DNA of 57,062 bases, counting the filler, from Bipalium vagum (taxonomy: Eukaryota): the NCBI GenBank assembly GCA_037834085.1. It is 3 parts of 3 records of this genome, joined end to end, with 100 filler letters (N's around TTAATTAATTAA, not from the genome) between each part and the next. Parts side by side here need not be neighbours in the genome. Positions count along the whole stretch, not along the records: positions 1 to 21,579 come from JBBMKC010235043.1; positions 21,680 to 37,236 come from JBBMKC010159850.1; 1 more part is not named here. The stretch is one strand, 5' to 3'. The position numbers and the translations under genes were made by a program. Shown here piece by piece: positions 11,611 through 23,917 of this stretch (the stretch's first letter is position 1; the number at the start of each line of letters is the position of its first letter). The notes under the pieces were generated by a model. That model searched no databases and was not told the origin of the DNA. It saw only the letters and a list, made by a program, of their open reading frames with translations.

Positions 11611-13448
11611 TAATGAAGGCAAAATCCTCATTAATTAATGATACACAAGAATAAATGAGCAATTATTTATAAATGCAACATAATAAATGTTAATGTTTAT
11701 AATATTTTATTATTTAAACAATCATTTAATATTTGAAATATTTTATTTAATCTAAACAAGATGGACCTGCGTTGCCAAAAGTCGTTATGTTGATGAGATG
11801 TAAACTCAGATAAAAATTATATAAATAATATTTGGTTACATTGGAATTCTGTCATTAAAAAATATTTTTTTATAAATTATTTTTGTATCATAAACTTAAC
11901 ATTTAAATTTTGGAAAAAAAGAATTAAATTAAAAGAAAAATTACAAAGACTTAAAAAATTAAAAGGCTAATGAAAAATATTGGTTTATTTTTAATAATAA
12001 ACTTTGAAAATATATAAATATTTGTATTCTATAATATAATAAATGTAATGTAATAAATCTTTGAAAATTTTATTTTTGTTTAGCTGAACTATTGCCACAT
12101 ATAGGTTGACACGTAATATTTAAAATTTTAATTTTAATTTTAGATTTTGATTCGCTTGTCGGGTAAAGACAGATTTAATGTTGAAAAGAGAGTTAAATAT
12201 AAATTTATCTTTCCCATATCAATTCAAAGAATAAGGAAACCTTAAATGAATACTGATACACTAATAGACCAACGATCAACGCATTAATTAACAATTTCCT
12301 CAAAACTGGGAATGTCGGGATGCAAATTTGTGATTGAATATCTTTTTAACAGATAAAGATAAATTATTTATTCTTGCCTTTTATCATGTGATCGGCCTAT
12401 GTTCTGATCCTCCATCAGGGGTATGAGAATGACAAATTTGATGAAACAGGTTTATTTCTCATTTTTTATTCTTTTTTCCTATTACTTTGTTATTTAATAC
12501 GTTTTTAAATTATTTATTGTAATAATTGAGTGGAATATTATTAATTATCTTTATCGTGATCTGGTTATTCAATTGGTCATTTGATAATCAGTTTCATTGT
12601 TATCTGAACATTCTGTTGACTGGTTCATAATTGATACCACTGTTATTCTGCTTGCTCGTTTCTATTATATTGTGAAATAAATGCACGTTATTGCATTACT
12701 GGCCCTTGTTGATTAAACAAACTAATAATATAAGGAGCATGTATTTTTTGATTTTTGTTTTTCAGTACCCGAATCTTGAGACTTTGAAAGAAGCTTACAT
12801 ATTTCCAAGTGTTGATCAGCTCAATTAGTGTGCAATCATTGTAAAAAAAGAATGATTATCAAGATTGGAAAATCGAAAAGATTATAGAGGTTTATGAATA
12901 ACAATTGAATCTAGCGTAAGGAAAGAAAAATAAGTTAAAAGTTGTCAGTTAAAAGTTGACAATATTGTAATATATTGTCAGGAGATTATGTTGAGCAATA
13001 CATTTTCAGGTATGTTTAGCATTCTTTCATTTCTAGACTAAAGACTTTTCACGCAAAATATTTATAGGTCTTATCATATGGAAAACACGACGTAAACTAT
13101 TTTTCTAAAAAAAGCTTATACTTTACAATATAAGCTAAAAGTTAATGTCATTTAATTATAATAATAGTTTTCTTTAGGTGCGACATCATCAAAGTGAGAT
13201 ATATTTTCTGCCATAACAATTACAATACTTAAACAAATTTTCCATATTTAATAAATCAATATTATCAAAAATTATTATCAAAATTTTAGGATGTCATGAG
13301 CATCCTCTTTTACATGTAATAAGAAAAAATTAATATACTGATGAGCAAATTTTTTGATGAGTTAATTTTTTTTTAGTTATATTCAGAAATAAATTAACTT
13401 TTAATGAAAAAAAATTATACATGTATAACTTAAATTTTTAATTAATTG

Positions 13449-13555
13449 TTAATTTAATTTTAATATTTATTTAATTTAATTTTAATATTAATTTAATTTA
13501 ATTTTAATATTAATTTAATTTTAATAGTTATTTAATTTAATTTTAATATTTATTT
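13449..13555. repeat. AT-rich minisatellite, ~17-22 nt unit TTAATTTAATTTTAATATT(TAT)
   Basis: About five tandem copies visible. Confidence 0.8.
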
Positions 13556-13805
13556 TTAAATAATTTTTATTTTAATTTTTAATCGCACAATATATTAATT
13601 TATTAAAAATGGAAAATTTGTTTAAGAATATTTGTTTTATTATTATTCAAAAATATATTGTTCAAAATGGCTGAATTTGTTGATATCGCAGCTCACAAAT
13701 GTGAAAATTGCAATTGTTAATTAATTAAATTAATTAAAATAAAAAATTTAATAAATTTCTGAAACAAAATAAATATTAAATTATTAAGAAACAATGAAGT
13801 AATAC

Positions 13806-13907
13806 TTCTCTTCCAGCGCAAGGTGGCTTTTCATACTTTTCATCTGCTTGAAGTGAGTCGACATGTCCGTATTCAGAACCATTTCAATGACCATTGACCG
13901 AAACTCT
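13806..13907 (-). CDS. PDE1: PDE1 exon EFRSMVIEMVLNTDMSTHFKQMKSMKSHLALEE
   Basis: ttcaaaag acceptor, gtatta donor, 102 nt, phase 2-2. Matches the PDE1 motif R.LVIEMVLxTDMS.HF.Q. Confidence 0.96.
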
Positions 13908-14829
13908 CTTTTGAACAATTTTTGTTACAAAGAATAAAATAAAAATAGAGATTTAAAATATTTTTATTCAATAAATATTACATTTTTGAGCGCTCCAGAA
14001 TTTTTATAATTTGTATAAAAAGTAAATATAAAGACGAAAGTAGACTTAACTGGAACAAAGACGGAACTTTTACAATCAAAGAAGGTAATGATATAAAGTG
14101 TCCGTCTTTTTAGGGTGAAAATGAAAATCTGTCATATCCATTGTGCTATTCTGAGAAAAATTCTGATAAATTAAGTGTTACAAATGAAATATTTATTTAT
14201 CAGGAACTTTAAAGAGAATTATCAGAATTATTAACCACTTGGTGTTTGATATCATTGCGTAAAGTCTTTGTCTATTTAAATTTTTGAGTACAGACTTTAA
14301 ATAATGGCAGGCAATTATTAATTTTTAAAAACTTTTTCATTTACCAATGTCAAAATTCCTTTTTTCTCTAATAGATAGGTGAAAAACAAGGGTCATTATT
14401 TCAATGACTATATGTTTGTTATTTGCACATGGTGCAATTCTACTTTCTTATTTCAGACTCGGATATTCTTGAAAGCATTGAAGAGCGCCTTATATATAAA
14501 ATCTGATACATTAAATTGTCCAGTAAAAAAAATTATATATATATATATATATGTATTATATTATTTATATTATATATGTATTTTATATTTATATACAGAA
14601 ACAATATATTGTCAATATTTGGTAAGTCCTCCAGCTGTATAGATTATTGCGGATAGCATTCACTCCATAGAATCTACAAGGCTGTTCCGGTAAGTCTCTT
14701 CTCCCATGATACTTGCTGAACAGGGCGTCAGGTGTATATATATATTTTACTAAGTTTTCTTATAACTAATTGTAGTTTTTTATAAACTTTTTGAAAAAAT
14801 TATTAAAAACACACAATTTTGTAATCATT

Positions 14830-15071
14830 ATAGTCAGCATCCCTGGCTTTTAGTCTGTGCAGAAATTCATTAGATATACACACACGCACCACATGTCGAT
14901 CTCCTGCTAATATTTTCGCCATTAGTTGAAATGTGTAAAACAAAATATCAATAGTTAATATTGATTAGGAAAATATAAGGATCAATTATTAAATCAAACG
15001 ACTTGCAAAAAACCTCAAATAATAAAATATAGAATGATTAAAAAGGTACAATTACTTGTCGGACAGCCCAG
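14830..15071 (-). mobile_element. Mariner fragment with one terminal inverted repeat
   Basis: TA-CTGGGCTGTCCGACAAGTAATTGTACC end on the minus strand; peptide RHVVRVCISNEFLHRL. Confidence 0.45.
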
Positions 15072-15179
15072 TAATATTAGAAATTTCTTGGGTTTCAATG
15101 TTCTTTTTTCGAAGTTTATGTTTGGAATGCACTTATAAAACTTCTTGAATTTTTCAACAAATATTTGCTGATACAAAGT

Positions 15180-15470
15180 CAATACAACACAGCATTTCTA
15201 TTCTTTAATTTTTTTCCTCAGTCCTTAACGAGGATCAGCTTTAATTGACACCTTTAAGGATTTATCATCAACGATGGCCTTAGGTTTGTTTTTCATTTGC
15301 AATGATTTGGACCTCATATTCTATCAATATATCAAACCTTTGGAAAGGGTATCTGTTCGCCAACAGATACACTGTCAAATGTTGCATTTTAACTTATTTT
15401 CCACCCGTATACATTCTTATTTTTATTGAAAATAAAATAATTTTATTAATACAATGTTACTTTGGATTTC
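15180..15470 (-). mobile_element. Mariner N-terminal fragment
   Basis: Minus-strand KPKAIVDDKSLKVSIKADPR resembles 'RP..VD.D.LK..I.ADP'. Confidence 0.4.
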
Positions 15471-15489
15471 TCTATTCAGTAAGATATAA

Positions 15490-15750
15490 AATGAGCAAGT
15501 TTCCTCTTCACAATTACACCATTGTTAAATTTTATAATTGAAAAAGAATCCAGATCAACGATGTGGAATTTTTGGATCAATTTATTGACAGGAGAATGGT
15601 CAATTGCAAGACCAGTCACGTTCGATAAGGATATGAAAGATTAAAACAAAATAAAATTAGTACCATTGATCAAAAGTCAACTCATATTACCATAAACAAT
15701 CATATCAAAATCGAAAAGTGATTGAAAATATTGCTGAGATCCGAAGGTTG
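15490..15750 (+). mobile_element. Penelope-like reverse transcriptase fragment
   Basis: PLLNFIIEKE..NDVEFLDQFIDRR..KTS resembles the PLE motif 'HP.IKFT.E.E....LPFLD..I.R....TSVYRK'. Confidence 0.45.
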
Positions 15751-15755
15751 ATGTA

Positions 15756-16316
15756 CAGTCGTGGCCATAATCCATCGGTCACCCTCTCATTTATTTATTC
15801 CTATTAACGTTGAATATAATTTTTTCCTCAAAAGAAAACCGTCAATGCAACTGCCTACAAAAAGAATTTTGAAGAAAAAAGTGAAACCATTTCTTGCAAT
15901 TAAAAATTTTGATTATTTCCTACATGATGGAGGGCCCCGTCCCACAAGACACGCATCAACAAGGCAGAGCTTGTAAATAATAAGTTAAAAACATGTGAAA
16001 ACTCTTCAGATCTATCGCCCATTGAGGACTGGTTTAAAGCTCGAAACAAAAAGTCTCACTGCATAATCCTACGTCAAACCCATATTTAATTGAAATAATT
16101 AAACTTGTTTGGGTTAGCGAAATTACCATGAACTGTTGCTCAACACTGATTGGTTCTATGCAAATAAATCAAATAACATCAAATATCATATGTATACCAC
16201 AAATTTTGCAGAAACTTTCTGTTGTACATGTTTTCATAATAAATATTTTTTAACGAAATTCATTTTTAAACCAATTCATAAAATTGAAGGTGGGCGATCA
16301 ATTATGGCCACGACTG
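15756..16316 (+). mobile_element. Non-autonomous Tc1-like element, both TIRs and TA target duplication intact
   Basis: TA-CAGTCGTGGCCATAAT...ATTATGGCCACGACTG-TA (16-bp perfect TIR, longer imperfect). Internal remnants FLHDG, NSSDLSPIED, IIKLVW..LIGSM. Confidence 0.95.
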
Positions 16317-16329
16317 TACGCTAAGAAAG

Positions 16330-16653
16330 TAGAATAAAATTCTGAGATCGAAGAATGAGCACTGTGATTAAGTATCAAGTCTTTCCCTTAAACATTTAAA
16401 GATATGAGCTGAGATCTGTCGTAAATCATTTGATGAGATTGAAAATGTATTACCTGTATTCATCTTTACTTAGGTTATTCAAAATATTGTTATTTGGTTC
16501 CTGCATCATTCTGAAACAGGAAGAGATGTGGTGGTTTTCCAGGACTCCCCGGTCATTGTAAAGTAGGGTCAGCTCTGAACTGATTACATTGTTTCAGTTA
16601 AATTTAATGAAAACAGTAAATATCACATTTATTATCTATTTAACAATAATAAC

Positions 16654-16703
<50 letters not shown>
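16330..16703 (+). mobile_element. Possible 3' end of an R4/Dong-like non-LTR element ending in (AAT)n
   Basis: IKYQ...KILLFGSCIILKQ resembles 'KYQ...QKA.LLGT.HILRK', followed by a short GC-richer UTR and (AAT)n at 16645-16703. Confidence 0.35.
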
Positions 16704-16705
<2 letters not shown>

Positions 16706-17192
16706 TTCTTTGATTATAAATGTAATTTCAAATAAAATATAATAAGCCGCTCCGCTTTATTTATTTATGAAAAATATTCTAAATAAAATTATTTATATTT
16801 TAAGATTGAAATATTCATTTCTTAAGACTTTAAATATTAGTAAGAAAATATATTAAGAAGGTAATCTTTTCCCCAATATGTCGAGGCTTGGAATGATCAT
16901 AATCCATAATATTAAGAGCAGAAACGAACATTATTGGCGGCTAGTTCATCTTTCTTTCTGATAAATAATCGTTTGAGCCTAGTGCAAAGCTGCCTCACGG
17001 ATCCCTATCATTTATCTAATAATAAGATTATAAAAGTTTAAAAAACAATTTTCTTTTGGGTTATCTTTTTCAATAGAACGAAGCCATGTTTGGCTAAAAC
17101 CTTTGAGGAATAATGATTATCAAAACTATTTTGCTTTCGTTCTAATTTTTTATAGTAATAAACATTCTATTTCTGTTTTATTATTATTATTA

Positions 17193-17760
17193 CGAGGAAC
17201 AATCGAAAAGTTTCAGGAACGGAGAATATGGAAATGTTTGGTAAAAAAATTAATCATAAAACACGTTATTATTTTAATACTGCATTACTTTTATCTAATA
17301 ATAAAATTGCTTTTGTTTAAATAAATATACAAAGCGGAAAATATAAATTTACCAATGGAAAACTATCGAGAAATGATTTTATATTATTTCCGATACGGAT
17401 TGACACAGCACCAATCTCTCTATCGCATAAATTTGGCATTTCCTGATGATGCTCCATCGAAAAATACAGTCTATCTATGGTTTCATGAATTTAAGTCAGG
17501 ACGTGTCTTTTTGGGTGATGATTGCACAGTAGGTCGTCGAAAAACAAGTGTATCCGATGAAAATATAGAAGCTGTTCGGAAATTAATTGAAGAAGATCGT
17601 CGGACAATACATGATAAAATTCAGACATCATTAAACATATCTTGGACTTCAATCCAGTCTATTTTACATGAACAATTGGGTGCCAGAAATCTATGTTCTC
17701 GTTGGATACTGCATATGCTTACAATTGATCAAAAACGAGATCGAGTTAATTGGTCTAAAG
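17193..17760 (+). mobile_element. Mariner (irritans-like) 5' half, cut by a hAT insertion
   Basis: TA-CGAGG.. left TIR. ORF 17355 MENYREMILYYF..APSKNTVYLWFHEFKSGR..GR..ENIEAVRKLIEEDRR..CSRWILHMLT..QKRDRV covers two HTHs and a WVPHEL-like motif. Confidence 0.93.
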
Positions 17761-18600
17761 CAGTGGTTCCCAATCTTTTTTTTACATCGCGGCACACCTA
17801 TGACAAAAAATAAATGTTTTCAACTCAGACTTTTTCCATTGAATAAATATAAAACAAAGATCACGCTTTTAACTCTTTTTCAGCGGTTTAAGTCTTTCAC
17901 GGTTTTTATTTTTAACGTTGTTTATGTAAGAAAATCCCAGTTCACTTAGATACGAATATGAGAATTGCAGTAAGACTTTGATTGCCTTTTTACTAAAAGT
18001 TTGATACTCTTCCATAACAGAAATTCAAAAGGCGTCAAAGCGCAGTTGAGCGTACTTAAATTTGAGACCCCGATCACTAAAAAGACTCGATATTTCTTCC
18101 ATTTCATATAACTCAAAGTTGAAAAGGTTAATGATAGATAAATCTTGGAAAGGATTACTAATTCATTCAAATTCTTCAGTAATGATTGAGGCGAAATTTT
18201 CTTCAATTTTTTTCAAAAATTCTCAAATGCTCACTGACAATGAGAATCATCTCTATAACTCAAGTTTTTCAAACTGATGAAACCATACCAAATCATTTAC
18301 CATCATTCCTTTCTTCAATATCAAAATAAATAATTTATCTGTTGTCGTAAGAATATTTTCATTTCTGCCTTGCATATTGCTATTCAGACTTTTGAGATGG
18401 CCAGCACAGGAATTGATTAATCATGGCATCTTTATCGATAAGAAATATACATACAGTCAACTGTGTATAGTTCCTGGTGTCAATCGATTCATCGATTTGG
18501 AGACCAGAGGCTATTTTAAAATTTAGATAATACACTTTCCTCAATATTATCAGATAAGTTAGAATTCCTTCTCTGAATTGTATTTTTTGAAAGAGATACA
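17761..18600 (-). mobile_element. hAT (Charlie/Buster, ZBED5/FAM200-like) transposon relic
   Basis: TIR CAGTGGTTCCCAA preceded by GTCTAAAG (Charlie-type NTCTAGAN target). Minus-strand peptides LQIDESIDTRNYTQLTV..INQFLC and EEYQTFSKKAIKVLLQFSYSYLSELGFSYINNVKNKNRERL. Confidence 0.92.
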
Positions 18601-18639
18601 TCGATAATTTCTTAGTCGTCCATGTCGCCAGGCATAATT

Positions 18640-19760
18640 TTCACCATCCTTTTACGTGCTGATGAGATTTATTTTTATGGGATCGACGCTTGACAACGGG
18701 CACACTAAGATGGTGGAGCATGACATAAGAGTGACACCAGGTCCAATATTGCAACATCCAAGGCAGTAACCTATGCATCTCGAATAAAAAATTTTTGACA
18801 TGATTGTGCAACTCATGTCAACTGGTGTTATCTGAAAATGTGAGTCCGTGGAACTCTCCACTGGTGGTGGTAGGAAAGAAAGTCGGGTAGATTCGAATAT
18901 GTGTGAATTTTAGACGGATTAATGAGATTACGGAAAATTTTTCCTTCGCAATTCCAGTTATTATTGGATTGTTCAGCCAATTCAACGTGCTTTTCGTCTG
19001 TAGATCTCGGACAAGCATACCACCAGATGGAGTTGTCAGAAAAATCACGGCTTGCACAAAGAAAGGTTAATTTTGTTTCCAAAACTTTCCTTTGGTTTTG
19101 CCACATCTCATGCACGAACTGCTGGATGGTCTCATATTCAATGGTGTTGTTGTGTATCTAGATGATATACTGATATATGGGGTTTCTGAAAGCCAGCATG
19201 ATCGAGTATTAGAAGAAGTTTTAATAAGAATTTCTGTAGCAGGGCTAAATGTAAATCCAGGAAAGTGTAAAATTAATCAAAAAGAAATAGTGTTCCTTGG
19301 ACATGTAGTGAGTGCAGCTGAAATTAATACAAATGAAAAGAAGATTCAGGAGATTATAAAAGTGGAACTGCCAAAATTTGTCTCCAAGCTGAGAGTTATG
19401 TAACAGAATTTGTACACGCAATTCACGGAGAACTCTGTCATTTAGGCAGCAAAGAATATATCATTATCTCGAGGACAATTATTTTTAGCCAGCAATATAA
19501 ACATATCTGATCTGAAAACATGTCTGATCTGTGCGAAGAGGAAAATAGATCAAACACACACAAAAGAGATTTTGATCCAGAGATGTAATAGCCATTTTCT
19601 GGAACAGATTGTGGTTGACATTGATTTTATGGAAAGGTCAAAAGCTAGTTACAAATATGTCCTTGTCATTATGGATCGTTTTAGTAAGCTGGTGAACCCG
19701 AACGCGTTGACTAAAATAGATGATAGAACTATAATGAGAAAAATCACGTTGAAGAACTCT
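18640..19760 (+). mobile_element. Ty3/Gypsy pol relic (RT plus partial integrase)
   Basis: SPWNSPLVVVGKK..IRICVNFRRINE..FSSVDLGQAYHQM..VVVYLDDILIYG..NPGKC..IVFLGHVVS, then VVDIDFM..YKYVLVIMDRFSKLV. RT precedes integrase; frameshifted. Confidence 0.93.
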
Positions 19761-19849
19761 AGGCACAAAGATGAAATAATACAATCGATACAATGTATTA
19801 CTATTTTTACAACACTCAGGATCGCTTTCTCTCCGTCCCTTTTCGGTTT

Positions 19850-20905
19850 TGGAGTCTGAATTTGTCTTTTACTTTTCATATCATTTGAATCAGGCTGGCA
19901 GTTAATGTCATGTTTTCAGGACTAAATTAAATTTGGATCCATTTGCCATATCTATTTATTTTACCAATTGAATGTAAATGGTTTGCTATGGCTACGTGGC
20001 ACATTTTGAATTTTCGCACTTGAACCTCTCATAGAGTTCTTGAGTAGTTTTTCGATTATTTTTCAAAAATATATTTTCCACATTTAATCTTTATAGGCAT
20101 CTCTTGCATTTATCTTATCTTGCATCTCTTCTTATTAATGACTTTAACGTTCCTTTTGAATCAGAGGTAATGACAAATAAAACAAGGAAAAATATCAGAT
20201 TTTACTGGACGAAGCCAAATAAGAACTCGGAAAAACATGGTGCTACGACATCAAAATATTTATAATCGGATCCGAAGTGTCGTAGATTCCGTTTGGTACC
20301 AAATACTCGAGGAATTAGGATTTAAAATAGCAGAAAATAATAAAATTATGGAAACATGTGTGGCAAGGTTGATCATCAACACTAATAATATCTGGAAAAA
20401 ATACGAATAGAAAGAGAGATAAACATCTAAAACATCCCCATATCAATGACAACCATATCTTTGATTTGAAATAAATCACTGTTTGTGTTTTTCTGCTTTT
20501 TTACTAATAAAAATATCACCAACACATATCGCATATTCTTCAGCTTGCGTCTGCAGCAGTTTTTCGTTGTTTGCCATTATACCACATACAAATGTGAATT
20601 TTGTATTTTTGATCATCCACATATTTAAGTTTATCTCCAAAATAAAAATGAATGAAATAAAAAGAGAATATTAATAATAACATATTACAAATGAGACAAA
20701 TATACATAATGAAATTTGAAATGCGCGGTTTTTGATTGTTTATGCAATAATCAATGTTATTCATTAAAATACTAATATCTCACTGAGCAACTTAATATTT
20801 AAATTTTATAAGTGAAAATATCGGTATTTTTTCATCAAATTTAAATTAATTTTCCGAAATAATTTTGATTTGCGAAAATCCAGCGTTCTTTGCCGCCCCG
20901 ACATG
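19850..20905 (-). mobile_element. Mariner 5' relic split by a non-LTR insertion
   Basis: Minus strand DQKYKIHICMWY..KTAADAS*RICD..KQ* | FKR..KMCHVAIANHLHSIGKINRYGKWI; TIR-like end near 20875-20905. Confidence 0.75.
20164..20473 (+). mobile_element. 5'-truncated RLE-type non-LTR retrotransposon 3' end (R2/NeSL-like), AATCA target duplication
   Basis: KEKYQILL..IKIFIIGS..ILEELGF..IMETCVARLIINTNNIWKKYE* resembles the restriction-like endonuclease C-terminus. AATCA occurs at 20159-20163 and 20474-20478. Confidence 0.7.
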
Positions 20906-21579
20906 TAGCCAAATATGATCTCATTTTACCGAATCCATTATGGTTTAATTATCTCTTTCTCTATGAAAGCTTTCACCAGGCTCATCCTATTTCCGGTTTC
21001 TCTTTTCGTGAACTGAAGATTTTCTCTTTTATAAGCGAAATTATAATTGTAAAATGTCAAGGGTTTTTGAAAAATAAAATTCTCTTTTTATAAATCGCCA
21101 TTCATAAGAATTAAGAAAAAATAATATTTATTTATTTATTTTTAAGAAAATAAACTGCCTTGATGAATTCGGTCTTTTATTTAAAGATATTTTTTTTATT
21201 TAATAATACTGATGAAATTATTTATTAATATTTATTATTAAGTCCATTAAAAATTATATTTTTCAAAATACATAATAAAATAAATAATAAATAAATATAA
21301 TATTTTTTAATGTAAATAATATAATATCTCTACGATTCCATAGTAAAATATAATAATCTTATAAAAATTAAAATATTCATAATTCTCTTTATTCTTTCTC
21401 CTCAGCTTTAATCCCAAATATTACATATCACAAATAATCTGTTAAAATGATAGCTTTAAAAAAATTCAATTAAAAATAATTAAATATATAAAAGAGAAAT
21501 TTTCAAAAAATAATTATAATCCTCGATAAATCTATCTATATTTGCAGTGAGCGGAATAATTAAAATTTCAATAATAATA

Positions 21580-21679
21580 NNNNNNNNNNNNNNNNNNNNN
21601 NNNNNNNNNNNNNNNNNNNNNNNTTAATTAATTAANNNNNNNNNNNNNNNNNNNNNNNNNNNNNNNNNNNNNNNNNNNN
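21580..21679. other. Artificial contig spacer N44-TTAATTAATTAA-N44
   Basis: Exactly 100 nt, palindromic six-frame stop linker, identical to 37237-37336. Confidence 0.97.
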
Positions 21680-22395
21680 AGGGACATAGATGGCAGAAAA
21701 GAGGAAATAAAATTGTGCAAAAACTTAAAAAACAATGGACAGATGGATCAAAAGGGCTTACTAAAATAAATGTTTTTTTTTTATACAAGAAAAATGCTAG
21801 AAAACGATATTGGACAAAACATGATGAGATCCCACAAACTGTGACAGAGCCAAAATTGACACAAAGAACGGTCATGCTTTGCATCTGGTGGGATTACAAA
21901 GGAATCATCTATCAAGAAATACTCCAACCAGGTCAAAATGTTGACTCTGTTCTTTAATCACAAAAATTAACTAGAGTTCAACATGCAATTGCAATAAAGC
22001 GGTCAGAATTGATCAAAAGTAAAGGCGTTGTGTTTCACCATGATAACGCACGACCAAATGTGTCTTTAATGAAAAAATTGCAGGACCTGGATTGGGAAGT
22101 TTTGTTGCATCCTCCATATAATCCGTCAGAATATCATTTGTTTCGTTCACTGCAGTATTTCCTTGACGGTGTAAAATTGAATTTAAAGGAGAACACCAAA
22201 AACCAATTATCTCAGTTTTTCAGCGAAAAATCGAAAAATTTCTACATTGACAGAATTCTAGCTTTACCAAAGAAATGACAAGACATTCTGTGACCAAGAT
22301 GGTGCATATGCAGTTTAATAAAGTTCTGAAATTGTCTTAGTATTCTTAAGTAAGTCATAATGCTAAAATCGGCGGAAACCTTTTGGACAACCCAA
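21680..22395 (+). mobile_element. Mariner (mellifera-like) 3' relic with right TIR
   Basis: RKRYW..VMLCIWWDYKGIIY..KGVVFHHDNARP..WEVLLHPPY..YHLFRSLQ; ends ...TTTTGGACAACCCAA-TA. Confidence 0.93.
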
Positions 22396-23917
22396 TATTA
22401 GATGACATCTTCTACTGAAACGTAAATATTGATTATTTTACGAAATTTGGTGATATTTTGGTTCATTTTTTTAATTTAAAATTAATATTGACAATATGAA
22501 AATAATTGTGATAAGTACATATTTTAAAATGTTTCTCAATTTTTTAAGGCTAAACAATTATGTTCTGTTAAATATATTGATAACAGATTTCATATTTTAT
22601 ATCTTTAAATTTTTAATATGAAAGCTCATTAATTTGATTTATTAAAACAACGTGAGTATAAATAAAATGATATCCAAATAATTAAACAAATTAAATTTAT
22701 GTACAGTTTTATGTACATTTTTGTCTGAGAAATTTCTGAATGTTGTCTTCCATGTCTGTCCTCAAAAATATTTCTTAAAATTATTTGGTTTCTAAAATTC
22801 AGTAGGTTAAATAAGGTAAACCTTGTGCTTCATTTCACATGTGCAGCAACTCAGGTTTTATTATTTTTTGTGCATTGTGAAATGTGTATAGATTATGAAA
22901 TGAGTTCAGTCATCGCTACATTGCTCGTATCGAATGTTCTATTTTCATTGATCACCTTACTAAATCAGGAATATTTTAGTAAAAAATTTTGATCATTTTT
23001 TGAGAAACTGTCAAGAAAAACTTTTCAATATTTCGTTGATCCTTCATAGAACACTGCACTGATCCATTTCTCCATTTTTTGATTCTGTATTGTTCCAAAA
23101 GACCTTATATGGTTCTGTATAGACAGACAATTAAGTATTGAAATTTTAAAAATTATATTATTTTTATCAATTATCGAAAACACTCCAAACCAAAAATTAT
23201 GAGTGCTTTCGATATTTGTTTAATTTACAGAAGTGTTTAAGAGGGTTAAATATCGATAATTAAACAATTGCTTAATATATTATATTTAATCATTCCCATT
23301 TCACTGATTTCATTCGTAAAATGAATTTAAAAACTTATGTGGCGATTATTTAATCAATATTTATTATTTTTTTAAAATTCTTTATTTACTGGAATTCATT
23401 CCAATTGTCAAATTTTAATGGATTTTTCCGAATTCTAAAGATGTCAATCAATGTTCTTTTAAAGTCATAAATTATTCATAAATTAAATTTTTAATTATAA
23501 ATTAATTTCTTTTAAAGAAAAAATAAAAATAATACAAATAAATAAAATATATTCCTGTAAGCATCTAAAAAATAATAATAAATTCTTTTGATTCTGTTTC
23601 ACTCAGTTAATTTTATTGAAAATCAAACAAATTACAAAATAACCATGTTTAATTATTGTTAAGGGTTTCACCATTGGTAAAGAATAGTCATGAAATACAT
23701 CGTCCGATTTTTTTGCTGTTTTATAATTTTTTATTGCTCTTAATTGAACTTTTAACAAACTCACATAATTATTTAACAATATAAGTACAAACAGAACTAC
23801 GGAAAGGTTGGAGGTACAGATAACTCAAGGTTAGAATCTGTCAAAAAAAATATTTAGAATTTATGTATGACTTAATAAATAATTCATTTTTCTTAACCAG
23901 ATTGAAAAACATTTTAA

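Larger units (their letters stand above)
3017..13907 (-). other. PDE1: Span of partial PDE1 gene (3' half of catalytic domain and C-terminus); 5' exons not found in window
   Basis: Six GT-AG exons on the minus strand with mutually compatible phases (2-2, 2-0, 0-1, 1-1, 1-1, 1-stop) splice to EFRSMVIEMVLNTDMSTHF...LHCADISHPAKDW...EEFFRQGDQE...PFSPLCDRK...ESQVGFSNFIVEP...PWDGKIFINRTVWQE, the class I PDEase C-terminal subdomain. DISHPAK is PDE1-type. Confidence 0.92.

Noticed and set aside
13667-13720. Small Cys-rich ORF MAEFVDIAAHKCENCNC*
   Set aside because: 17 aa in AT-rich intron with no splice or homology support.
21624-21635. Palindrome TTAATTAATTAA as a biological site
   Set aside because: Synthetic linker centred in fixed-length N runs.
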